Assembly (NCBI GenBank): GCA_016291005.1
Contig: JAEEVT010000002.1
Span: forward strand, 6-64,005
Source of the DNA: Prevotella sp.
GTDB lineage: Bacteria > Bacteroidota > Bacteroidia > Bacteroidales > Bacteroidaceae
Direction: 5' to 3'
DNA length: 64,000 nt
Shown: one piece after another, positions 14,801 to 23,798 of the stretch
Numbering within the stretch: position 1 is the stretch's first letter
How the letters are laid out: each line of letters starts with the position of its first letter
The notes under the pieces: generated by a model
Seen by the model: only the letters and a program-made list of their open reading frames with translations
Told to the model about the DNA's origin: nothing
The model's database searches: none
Translations under genes and position numbers: made by a program

Positions 14801-14906
14801 CATCACCAAGTATGACGGTCTCGATCCTGAAGTGGGTGGCGGTATTGACAACAACATCTATCCGCGTCCGTTCACACTGCTCTTGGGCTTGAGTCTTAAC
14901 TTTTAA
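11895..14906 (+). CDS. susC: SusC/RagA TonB-dependent transporter
   Basis: CarboxypepD-like N-domain, [47 protein letters not shown], C-terminal Phe. Confidence 0.95.
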   Translation: [1003 protein letters not shown]

Positions 14907-14929
14907 TTAATAAGAAAGGAGATACTATT

Positions 14930-16534
14930 ATGAACTTCAAGTATATTAAGCGAATAGCCCCTGCAGCAGTCATGCTGTTCACATTAGGGCTTACCTCATG
15001 CGACTATTTGGACGTGACCCCCATCGACCCCAACTCCGTGATGGTGCCTGACGAGCCTGCACTTTATTCGAAGTGCTATGCTACGATGGCTCTGGCAGGA
15101 CAGACGGGTGCCGACGGTGACTGCGATATTGACCGCCTGGATGGTGGTACCACTGGTTTTGTACGTCAGATGTGGAACCTCAACGAGTTAGTCACTGACG
15201 AGGCTATCTGTGCATGGGGTGACCCAGGTATTCCCGAGTTCAACTTCAATACCTACGATGCTTCCCACCCGATGGTGGAAGGTTTCTATAACCGTCTCTA
15301 TGCCAGCATCGCCTACTGCAACCACTATCTGGACGTCTGTGCTGGTGCGGATGCTACCCGCGAGGCTGAGGTACGTTTCCTCCGTGCTATGTACTACTAC
15401 TTCCTGATGGACTGCTTTGGCAATGTTCCTTTTGCCACGAAGCTGATGTCAACTCCTCCCGAGCAGATTCAGCGTGCTGAACTCTTCAAGTGGATTGAGG
15501 AAGAGTTGCTGGCCATCAAGGATCAGCTGCTGCCTCCCGCCGCCCGCAAGAGTTCTGACTCTGGCTACGGCCGCGCCGACCAGGATGCTGCCAACCTGCT
15601 GCTGGCCCGTATGTATCTCAATGCTGAGGTCTATACAGGTTCTGCACGTTGGGCTGACGCTCAGACATACGCTGAGAAGGTTATCAACGGCCCGCACAAG
15701 CTGTGGACTTCTGGTGCTAACGGCTGGAGTGCCTACCAGATGCTCTTTATGGGTGACAATGGCGAGAGCGGTGCTTCTTGCGAGGCTATCCTGCCTCTGC
15801 TGCAGGATGGTGTTACCACAACATCGTACGGCACTTCTATGTACGTCATCAGTTCTGCCTGGAAGGATGACATGGACACCCAGAGCAACTTTGGAATGGA
15901 GCTGACCAACTGCTGGGCTGGTAACCGTGCACGCAGCCAGTTGCTTGCCAAGTTTTTCCCTGGCAATGATGCACCAGCTGTTGCTGCTGCCGACATGACG
16001 TCTCTGGCAAAAGACGACCGCGCCCTGTTCTTTGGTGTTGGCCGTTCCCTGACTGTGACGACTCCTGGCGAGTTTACCTCAGGTTATTCGGTAGCCAAGT
16101 TCCGCAATGCTTACTCTTCAGGTGCTGCGCCCCATCACAACAAGTTCCCCGATACGGACTTCTTCCTGATGCGTTCTGCTGAGGCTTACCTCATTGCTGC
16201 CGAGGCTGATGCCCGTCTGCACAACAACGTAACCAGCAGTGACAAGGGAACAAAGTACATCAATGCCCTGCGCAACCGTGCCAATGCTGCTGTGTCGGGT
16301 GGCGACTATACTGTACGCCAGATTCTTGACGAGCGTTCTCGTGAGCTCTATTTCGAGGGCTTCCGCCGCACCGACCTCATCCGCTACGGTCTCTACCACA
16401 CTGGTGACTACATGTGGGACTGGAAGGGTGGTGCCCAGGCAGGTTCTCCTTTTGCTCAGACACGCTGCCTCTATGCCATCCCTGCCGAGGACCTCAATGC
16501 CAACCCCAACTTGGTACAGAACCCCGGTTACTAA
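14930..16534 (+). CDS. susD: SusD/RagB glycan-binding lipoprotein
   Basis: Lipobox LTSC; EVRFLRAMYYY, ILDERSRELYFEGFRRTDLIRYG, QNPGY. Confidence 0.95.
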   Translation: MNFKYIKRIAPAAVMLFTLGLTSCDYLDVTPIDPNSVMVPDEPALYSKCYATMALAGQTGADGDCDIDRLDGGTTGFVRQMWNLNELVTDEAICAWGDPGIPEFNFNTYDASHPMVEGFYNRLYASIAYCNHYLDVCAGADATREAEVRFLRAMYYYFLMDCFGNVPFATKLMSTPPEQIQRAELFKWIEEELLAIKDQLLPPAARKSSDSGYGRADQDAANLLLARMYLNAEVYTGSARWADAQTYAEKVINGPHKLWTSGANGWSAYQMLFMGDNGESGASCEAILPLLQDGVTTTSYGTSMYVISSAWKDDMDTQSNFGMELTNCWAGNRARSQLLAKFFPGNDAPAVAAADMTSLAKDDRALFFGVGRSLTVTTPGEFTSGYSVAKFRNAYSSGAAPHHNKFPDTDFFLMRSAEAYLIAAEADARLHNNVTSSDKGTKYINALRNRANAAVSGGDYTVRQILDERSRELYFEGFRRTDLIRYGLYHTGDYMWDWKGGAQAGSPFAQTRCLYAIPAEDLNANPNLVQNPGY

Positions 16535-16554
16535 TTTAACGACGAACAGAATTA

Positions 16555-17751
16555 ATGACAAAACGTATGAAAAAGAAGATTTCTTTCGCAACGCTGCTGC
16601 TGGCCGGCACCTTTGCACTCATATCATGCGAAAAGGATATTGACTCCAACCCCGTGCTGATTCAGGGCGATACCCCCGTGGTCTTCCCTCTGAACGTTCC
16701 GGAGTTTGCCACCTCGCCTGTGGCACTGTCAGGTACGGAGGACTTGACCATCAGTTGGACACAGCCTAAGCTGACAGCTGACAACGCTCCCTTAGGACAG
16801 GAGAGTAACATGGGTCTGTCGTATACCGTCCAGGTATCGAAAGACGGCAACTTCACCAAGACCTTTACTCAGGCTCTTGATGAGGTTACAGATGCTGACG
16901 GCAACTATACCGGTGTGCCTTCGGGCTACGACTACGTACAGTTGGCTACCACTTATTCTGCTTGCAAGGGCAAGCTTGACACAGACGAGCTGAATCTAGC
17001 CCTCAACCAGCTGTTCCTTTATGATAAGGACGCGGAGCTTCCCATTTCTGAGGTTTTCGTTCGTGTCTTAGGCATGATGACCCTCGGCGACAACTCCATA
17101 AAGCAGCTGGCTACAAGTAATGTTGTCAGCATGAAGCTCATTGCCTCTGAATGGATTGACGTATTGGCAGTACCTGCTAAGGAGAGCTATCTCTGGGTTC
17201 CTGGCAACGGTAACGGATGGAACCACGGTGTTGCTCCTGTACTTGTCTCTAGCGACGGCGTCGTATATTCTGGATATGCTTACATGAATGGTGAGTTTAA
17301 GTTCACTCCTGTCGACAAGTGGGAAGGTGAGTACAACAACGGCAGCTTCACTACTGTCAGCGATAACATCGACCTTGGCGACGGTGGTGGCGGTAACATC
17401 AACTGCACTGGTCCTGCTGGCATGTACTACTTGACGGTAGATGTTGTCGAGAAGTCACTGAAGGCAACGCCTGTCACATGGTCTATCATTGGCGGCTTCA
17501 ACAGTTGGGGCGGCGACGAGGTGATGACTTACGATGAGTCTAACCACTGCCTGACTGCTACTGTCAACTTTGCTGAGGATACGGAATGGAAGTTCCGTCG
17601 TGATGCCGATTGGGCTGTTAACCTTGGTGGTAGCCTCAACGCACTTGAGCAAGATGGCGGCAACCTCTCAGCTACTGCAGGTGAGCATACCATCCAGCTC
17701 TTCCTCGAGCGTCCTGCTCAGGATGGCGGCTTCCACGCTACGATTAAGTAA
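16555..17751 (+). CDS. SusE-like starch-binding surface lipoprotein
   Basis: Lipobox LISC; SusE-type N-domain and Trp-rich modules (WSIIGGFNSW, EWKFRRDADWAVNLG). Start may be 16567. Confidence 0.8.
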   Translation: MTKRMKKKISFATLLLAGTFALISCEKDIDSNPVLIQGDTPVVFPLNVPEFATSPVALSGTEDLTISWTQPKLTADNAPLGQESNMGLSYTVQVSKDGNFTKTFTQALDEVTDADGNYTGVPSGYDYVQLATTYSACKGKLDTDELNLALNQLFLYDKDAELPISEVFVRVLGMMTLGDNSIKQLATSNVVSMKLIASEWIDVLAVPAKESYLWVPGNGNGWNHGVAPVLVSSDGVVYSGYAYMNGEFKFTPVDKWEGEYNNGSFTTVSDNIDLGDGGGGNINCTGPAGMYYLTVDVVEKSLKATPVTWSIIGGFNSWGGDEVMTYDESNHCLTATVNFAEDTEWKFRRDADWAVNLGGSLNALEQDGGNLSATAGEHTIQLFLERPAQDGGFHATIK

Positions 17752-17833
17752 GATTCCTGAAAAGACCCGCCGTCCCTGTGGCGGCGGGACTAAGGGTAAA
17801 CAAAAATAGTAAACATTAAAAAACGAAGAAAAT

Positions 17834-18889
17834 ATGTTTAAGAAGATATTTTTCGGACTGTCTGCCATCGCACTGTTAGCAGCCTGCACAGAGGACTATA
17901 AGGACTGGTCACAGCCTCAGAGCAATGAACAGCTGCCAGTAAAGACAGTACAGTGGTCAGTGACAGCTGCCCAGCAGGGTACTATCAACCTTGACGATGT
18001 GTCGGGCGAGACCGTTAAGCTTTTGAATGTTTCGATACCAGAGGGCACTATTGAGTCTATCAATGTGAAGCTCACTGGCGAGGGAACTAAATATCCTGAC
18101 TACAACATTACTGCCGATGCTGATGGTTACGTCAAGGTAGCCGATCTGCAGAAGGCTGTTACTGAGATGTACACCGTTGAAGCCATCGAGCGTACGTTTA
18201 ATGCACTGGCCAGTTCCGACGTCAAGTTAAAGGCTGTGGAAACCGAAGCTGCAGTACGTATGCAGGAAACCGTTTCTGGTATTAAAGTGGTTCCGCAGAA
18301 GCCTAAGTTCAATCCGTTCATCTATGAGATTGGTAATAGCCAGAGCTGGTCTGTCTCGGCTCCGCTCTATTGTGCCAACGGCGACGGCAAGTATCAGGGC
18401 TACTACTATCTTGACGGTGGCTATAAGTTCAAGCCTAATGCCGACAACTGGGACGGCGACTGGGGTCAGGATCCCAACGGTTCTGAGGGAACGCTCGTGC
18501 AGGACGGTGAGAAGGATTGTCAGGCAGAAGCAGGATTCTATCAGATTGACGTAGACCTTGCTGCTATGACCTACAAGACGACGCTGGTTTCTACCATCAG
18601 CATCATTGGTACGGTTAACGGCAACTGGGATACTGATACCGACTTGACCTACAACACTGAGACTGGTGCTTGGGAGGTGACGGCTGCGCTGAAAGCCGGT
18701 GCTATGAAGTTCCGCATGAATCACGACTGGACTATCAGCTGGGGTGGTGCTAACGGTGACCCGAAGGCATACAACAACCTGACCCAGAATGGTGGAAAGG
18801 ACCTTGACCTTCCTGAGGACGGAAACTACTTCATCCAGCTCTTCATCACCTTCGAAGGCAACAACAAGGTTTTGGTTGTAAAGAAGTAA
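17834..18889 (+). CDS. SusF-like (DUF5115) starch-binding lipoprotein
   Basis: LAACTEDYKDW start; modules YKFKPNADNW and MKFRMNHDWTISWGG. Confidence 0.8.
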   Translation: MFKKIFFGLSAIALLAACTEDYKDWSQPQSNEQLPVKTVQWSVTAAQQGTINLDDVSGETVKLLNVSIPEGTIESINVKLTGEGTKYPDYNITADADGYVKVADLQKAVTEMYTVEAIERTFNALASSDVKLKAVETEAAVRMQETVSGIKVVPQKPKFNPFIYEIGNSQSWSVSAPLYCANGDGKYQGYYYLDGGYKFKPNADNWDGDWGQDPNGSEGTLVQDGEKDCQAEAGFYQIDVDLAAMTYKTTLVSTISIIGTVNGNWDTDTDLTYNTETGAWEVTAALKAGAMKFRMNHDWTISWGGANGDPKAYNNLTQNGGKDLDLPEDGNYFIQLFITFEGNNKVLVVKK

Positions 18890-18901
18890 CTTTGTCTGAT
18901 A

Positions 18902-18957
18902 AACAAGAGTTCGGGCCGCACTCATTACGATGGGTACGGCCCGACTTGTCTTTTTTC
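18902..18957 (+). terminator. Intrinsic terminator after the susCDEF operon
   Basis: TCGGGCCG/CGGCCCGA stem followed by a T run. Confidence 0.6.
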
Positions 18958-19033
18958 TGCAAAAATCCTTTGGAGTTTCAAAATTAATGATTATCTTTGT
19001 GCCGATATTGCATAAAGAATAAAAAATAACGAT

Positions 19034-21073
19034 ATGAAGACTAAACATTTCTACTACCTGTTGATGCTCCTGTGCGCCTTGACGCTGGGCATCACTTCTT
19101 GTGGCGACGACGACCCTGTCAAGCCCGTTAACCCTGACGGTCCTACCGTAGATCCTAAGACTGACCCTACTGACGAACCAAGTACAGACCCTGACCCAGA
19201 AACACCGAGTTCGCCCACCGTGGGCTGGCCGGCAGAGTATAGCGGCGTCATGCTCCAAGCCTTCTCTTGGGACTCCTACGACGAGACGCAGTGGACGGTG
19301 CTCACCCAGCAAGCTGACGAAATGGAAGGAACCTTCGACCTGGTCTGGCTGCCGCAGAGTGGTAATTGCGGAGGCAAGTCGATGGGTTACGACGACCTGT
19401 ATTGGTTCCCTGGAGGCGACCACTATAAGAGCTCCTTCGGAACGGAGTCGCAGCTGAGGACGCTCATCAGCACCTTCAAGACGAAGGGCATCAAGACCAT
19501 TGCCGACGTCGTCATCAACCACCGCCGCAATGTGTCCAGCTGGGTGGACTTCCCCAAGGAGACCTACGAAGGTGTGACCTACGAGATGACATCTACCGAC
19601 ATCGTGAAGAACGACGACGGTGGCGCCACGCTGAACTGGGCTAACCAGAACGGCTTCCAGCTGTCGGCAAACAACGATTCAGGCGAAGGCTGGGACGGCA
19701 TGCGCGACCTCGATCATAAGAGCGAGAACGTGCAGAAGAGTGTCAAGGCTTACCTGAACTGCCTGAGAAACGACCTCGGCTATGCAGGCTTCCGCTACGA
19801 TATGGTGAAGGGCTATTCAGCATCCTTTACGGGTCAGTACAATGCCGCCTCGCAGCCCGAGTTCTCCGTCGGCGAGTGCTGGGACAACTCGACCACCATC
19901 AAGAACTGGATAGAGGGCACGAAGTACGAAAACATCATCCAGAGTGCCGCTTTCGACTTCCAGTTCAAGTATGTGGTGCGCAATGCTACTGACAACGGTC
20001 TGTGGAGCCGTCTGGGCAACCAGAACGACGGCAGCTGGCCACTCGTCTATACCAATTTCGAAAACGGCAAATACCGCCGCTATGCCGTCACCTTCGTCGA
20101 GAACCACGATACGCAGCTTCGCCACGACGGCTCCTCAAACGGTCCTCTGAAGAAAGACACCCTGGCCGCCAATGCCTTCATGATGGCAATGCCTGGTACA
20201 CCGTGCGTCTTCCTGCCCCACTGGCTCGACTATCCCAGTCAGATCAAGGCGATGGTGGCAGCCCGTAAAGAGGCTGGCATCCACAACGAAAGCTCCTATA
20301 CCGACTTCCGCAGCTCAACGAAGTATTACGCCTTCACCACCAAGACCAACAACGTGGAGCGTCTGCTGACCGTCGTTGGTGACGTGAGCTCTGTAGAGGC
20401 TGTCATCGACGCCACACAATGGACGAAGATCATCGACGGCTACCACTACGCCTACTACTTCCCCAACTCTCTGAACAAGGCCTATGCCGACCTGCCTACG
20501 GGCAAGTATCAAGGCAAGCAGCTCGTCAGGCTGTCGGCAGTCACCTCTGCCGAGGGCGCCCAGGTGGTCTATACCCTTGACGGTTCCAACCCCACCGCCA
20601 GCAGCCAGGCAGTACCCTCAGGCACGCTCGTCGAGATTCCCGTTGGCAACCACATACTCAGGGCAGCCATCCTCGCAGGAGGACAGGTCGGCGACATCAT
20701 CTCGCGTACATATAATGTTGTAGAGAGCGAGAAGGACCGTCCTGTCGAGATACCGTCGTTCTGCACCGTCGCTGCCGGCGAGACCTGCGCATTCTTCGAG
20801 GCTCCCGCCAGCTGGACAGAGACCATCATGTGCTGGGCATGGGACACCCAGAACTATACTGGCGGCAACTGGCCCGGACAGGCCTGTAAGAAGCTGGGCA
20901 CGGCAGGTAACGGCAACAGCGTCTGGAAGTGGACCTACACTGGCACGCTGTCCACTCACCCCACCTACATCATCTTCAGCAACAACGGCGCTCCCCAAAC
21001 CGACGACCTCCAGTTCAAGAACGGAGGCTACTACAACAAGGACGGTCTGAAGGGTGTCGTCTCACCGCAGTAG
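19034..21073 (+). CDS. Surface lipoprotein alpha-amylase (GH13) with FN3/chitobiase-like and C-terminal starch-binding (CBM26-like) modules
   Basis: Lipobox ITSC, Pro/Asp linker, ADVVINHR, GFRYDMVKG (nucleophile D), VGECW (E), FVENHD (D). Confidence 0.9.
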   Translation: MKTKHFYYLLMLLCALTLGITSCGDDDPVKPVNPDGPTVDPKTDPTDEPSTDPDPETPSSPTVGWPAEYSGVMLQAFSWDSYDETQWTVLTQQADEMEGTFDLVWLPQSGNCGGKSMGYDDLYWFPGGDHYKSSFGTESQLRTLISTFKTKGIKTIADVVINHRRNVSSWVDFPKETYEGVTYEMTSTDIVKNDDGGATLNWANQNGFQLSANNDSGEGWDGMRDLDHKSENVQKSVKAYLNCLRNDLGYAGFRYDMVKGYSASFTGQYNAASQPEFSVGECWDNSTTIKNWIEGTKYENIIQSAAFDFQFKYVVRNATDNGLWSRLGNQNDGSWPLVYTNFENGKYRRYAVTFVENHDTQLRHDGSSNGPLKKDTLAANAFMMAMPGTPCVFLPHWLDYPSQIKAMVAARKEAGIHNESSYTDFRSSTKYYAFTTKTNNVERLLTVVGDVSSVEAVIDATQWTKIIDGYHYAYYFPNSLNKAYADLPTGKYQGKQLVRLSAVTSAEGAQVVYTLDGSNPTASSQAVPSGTLVEIPVGNHILRAAILAGGQVGDIISRTYNVVESEKDRPVEIPSFCTVAAGETCAFFEAPASWTETIMCWAWDTQNYTGGNWPGQACKKLGTAGNGNSVWKWTYTGTLSTHPTYIIFSNNGAPQTDDLQFKNGGYYNKDGLKGVVSPQ

Positions 21074-21120
21074 AGGGAGCCAGTAGGTGCCCTTGGACGT
21101 ACGCTCCAGCAGGAGTTCAT

Positions 21121-21155
21121 AACTCTCCCGGCATTTTTCGCTGGGAGAGTTTTTC
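21121..21155 (+). terminator. Intrinsic terminator after the amylase gene
   Basis: AACTCTCCC/GGGAGAGTT stem plus T tract. Confidence 0.7.
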
Positions 21156-21246
21156 TTGCTTGTTGATTGTTACTACCTTTGGAGTTAATTATAAAAACGG
21201 CACCATATAGACCGGCACCATCAACTTCCCGTCATTTTCTTGAAAA

Positions 21247-21322
21247 ATATTTCTTTTTTTTGCCGCTTGCGGCGCCTGCCATAGCGGTGAGCTTGCCAAT
21301 GGTGCGGGCTTTGTGGATGGTG
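21247..21322 (-). pseudogene. Displaced fragment of the gene at 25143-25796
   Basis: 21260-21322 matches 25360-25422 at 61 of 63 positions, and both differences are synonymous. It is preceded by sequence resembling that gene's stop region. Confidence 0.85.
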
Positions 21323-21334
21323 TCAGAGCAACAG

Positions 21335-21534
21335 TGCGCGGCAACGCGGCAGCGCGGCATTTGACCATTTCAATTTGTAGTATTCGTTGTGGCGTCCACA
21401 GAAATACGCTTATTAAATTATTATATATTATTATATATTATAATATATAATAATATATAATAATTATCAATACCATAAAAATCCTTTGCCGCGGAATCAA
21501 TTTTGCAAATGCCGCGCTGCCGCGTTGCCGCGCA
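21335..21534. repeat. 200-bp element: perfect 29-bp GC-rich inverted repeats around a perfect 50-bp A/T-only palindrome
   Basis: Arms at 21335-21363 and 21506-21534; palindrome at 21416-21465. Confidence 0.9.
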
Positions 21535-21560
21535 AGGCTTTTTCCTGAAAGTGTTGACAC

Positions 21561-21676
21561 TTTCCACGCGATTTCTCTAACTTCTCTTGGCGCTTTCCTC
21601 TACTTTTCCACGTGATTTCCTGAACTTTTCTACGTGATTTTCAGCGCCTCGCCACGCGATTTCCTGCACCTCGCCA
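21561..21676. repeat. Degenerate 22-bp tandem repeats with a CG(T/C)GATTT core
   Basis: About 5 units, e.g. tttccacgcgatttctctaact and tttccacgtgatttcctgaact. Confidence 0.75.
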
Positions 21677-21847
21677 AATATTAACACTATTTTTGAGAAA
21701 TGGCTTTTCAAAGAGTTTTTGTGTGTAAAAGAAAGTTAAATATTCCGCCTTTTCCAATAATTTTCACGAAAAATCTAATAATTTCAGAATTTTTTATTAA
21801 TTTTGCATATCAAAATAATTAACTAAACTATTTTTAACTGCAGTCTT

Positions 21848-23014
21848 ATGCGGAAACTACTATTTACATTGTGCGTGTGTTTAGCATTTGCGACTCAGTC
21901 AATGGCACAACAACAGGTCACTAACCAGCGGCTCATCTCTGCGGGAAACGTCTTCTTTGTGCCTCACTGGTTCGTCACCCTTCAAGGCGGTGGTGCCTAC
22001 GATGTGGGTGAAGCAAAGTTTAGCAAGCTTGTCAGTCCTGCCCTACAGGCATCATTGGGTTACCAGTACAATCCCTATCTGGCCACCCGACTGTCTGTCA
22101 GCGGATGGCAGGCTCGCAACTGCTATGCCTATCCCTATGCTGAATACAAATGGAATTTCATCCAGCCTGCCGCTGACGTTCTGGCAGACCTCACCACCTT
22201 GATTGGCGGCTGGAATCCTGATCGTTCCTTCCATGTATGGGCTTTTGCCGGTCTGGGAGTGGCGCTGTCATTTAACAACGACGATGCTTTAGAGGCTGAC
22301 AAGCGTTACGGCATTGACTTCCAGAAGATCTGGGATGGCAGCCGGTGGAACCCCGTGGTCAGGGGAGGCCTTGGCGCTGACATCGTTTTGACGGACAACA
22401 TTTCCGTCGGAGCTGAGGTTAATGCCAACATGCTGCCAGACCATTTCAACTCCAAGCTTGGCAAGCGCGACAATCGGGACTGGCATTTCAATGCCTTGGT
22501 AGGCATTAAGTACACTATTGGCAGGAGCTACGGCCATACGGAACCCATTTATCAGACCATCGTGGAGCCTGTGCCTCAACCAGAACCGAAGCCAGAGCCG
22601 AAGGTCGAACCCAAGCCGGAGCCAAAGCCTGAGTTTGTGGACGTTCCTGTCGAGAAGATCTCCTTTAATGTCAACATTCATTTTGTCATTAACCAGAGTG
22701 TAATTCGTGCCAACCAGGTGCCCAAGCTGCAGCGACTGCTGCAATACCTGCACGAGCATCCGAAGGCATTTATCCGTCTCTCCGGCTATGCCGACAAGGA
22801 CACGGGAACTCCCGAAATCAACATGCGTCTCTCAATCGAGCGTTCACAGGTGGTTTCACAATACCTGCAGGATGCGGGCATCGAGGAGTGGCGTATCCGT
22901 CGCTTTGCCAAGGGCGACCGCGTCCAGCCTTTCGACATTCCACAGGACAACCGCGTCTGCATCTGCTTTGTCTACGATCCTGACAACCCTGTTCCTCAGG
23001 CTTTCACTTACTAA
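21848..23014 (+). CDS. OmpA family outer-membrane protein
   Basis: Signal peptide, beta-barrel, PEPK linker, peptidoglycan-binding GYADKDTGTPEINMRLSIERS. Confidence 0.9.
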   Translation: MRKLLFTLCVCLAFATQSMAQQQVTNQRLISAGNVFFVPHWFVTLQGGGAYDVGEAKFSKLVSPALQASLGYQYNPYLATRLSVSGWQARNCYAYPYAEYKWNFIQPAADVLADLTTLIGGWNPDRSFHVWAFAGLGVALSFNNDDALEADKRYGIDFQKIWDGSRWNPVVRGGLGADIVLTDNISVGAEVNANMLPDHFNSKLGKRDNRDWHFNALVGIKYTIGRSYGHTEPIYQTIVEPVPQPEPKPEPKVEPKPEPKPEFVDVPVEKISFNVNIHFVINQSVIRANQVPKLQRLLQYLHEHPKAFIRLSGYADKDTGTPEINMRLSIERSQVVSQYLQDAGIEEWRIRRFAKGDRVQPFDIPQDNRVCICFVYDPDNPVPQAFTY

Positions 23015-23053
23015 ATTCATTTATTCTCATAGAAACAAAAGACATCATCTAAT

Positions 23054-23785
23054 ATGAAAACTATCCGTAAAATTCTATTGCTGGCCGTAACAACGACCAT
23101 CATTGGCGCCCAAAGTTCGTGTACGGACTATCAGGACGAGATTGACGCGCTGGACGTCCGCGTCACTTACCTGGAAAGTCTTGTCCAGAAGGTCAACACA
23201 CAGATAGAGTCGCTGAAGACCATCGTCTCAGCCTACGCCAGTGGTGATGTAGTGACAAGCATCACAGAAAACAGCGAGGGTTACATCATCAACTTCATGA
23301 ACTCCGACCCCGTCTTTGTCCATCATGGCAAGGATGGCAAAGATGGTAAGGACGGTAAAGACGGTGCCGACGGTAAGGATGGTAAAGACGGTAAGGACGG
23401 CAAAGACGGCAAGGACGCCCAGATGCCAAACATCACCATCGAACAAGACCCTATTGACGGCTGCTACTACTGGAAGCTGAACGGCGAGTGGCTTACCGAT
23501 CCCTATGGTGTGCGCATTCAGGCCAACGGTAAGGACGGCAAGGACGGTGAGGACGGCAAGGACGGCATCACCCCACAGGTGCGTATCAGTCCAGACGGTA
23601 TCTGGGAGGTTTCCACCGACGGTGGCGTCACTTGGCAGAGCACGGGTACTTCTGCTGCCGGCAAGGACGGTAAGGACGGCCAGGATGCCAACGTCATCGT
23701 CAGAGTTATCACTAACTGGAACGAAGGATACGTGGAATTCATCACCGCTTCGGGTTCCTTCCGCGTTCCTCTGAAGACAAGCTAA
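23054..23785 (+). CDS. Lipoprotein with DUF4988/PL29-N-like coiled coil and collagen-like Gly-Lys-Asp repeats
   Basis: SSCTDYQDEIDALDVRV, GKD tracts, YYWKLNGEWL, WEVSTDGGVTW. Confidence 0.8.
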   Translation: MKTIRKILLLAVTTTIIGAQSSCTDYQDEIDALDVRVTYLESLVQKVNTQIESLKTIVSAYASGDVVTSITENSEGYIINFMNSDPVFVHHGKDGKDGKDGKDGADGKDGKDGKDGKDGKDAQMPNITIEQDPIDGCYYWKLNGEWLTDPYGVRIQANGKDGKDGEDGKDGITPQVRISPDGIWEVSTDGGVTWQSTGTSAAGKDGKDGQDANVIVRVITNWNEGYVEFITASGSFRVPLKTS

Positions 23786-23798
23786 TTCCCTGAACATC

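Noticed and set aside
18227-19522. 431-aa minus-strand ORF and many other antisense ORFs (e.g. 26317-27183, 61489-62256)
   Set aside because: These are shadows of well-supported genes caused by GC3-biased codon usage, with no recognisable motifs.
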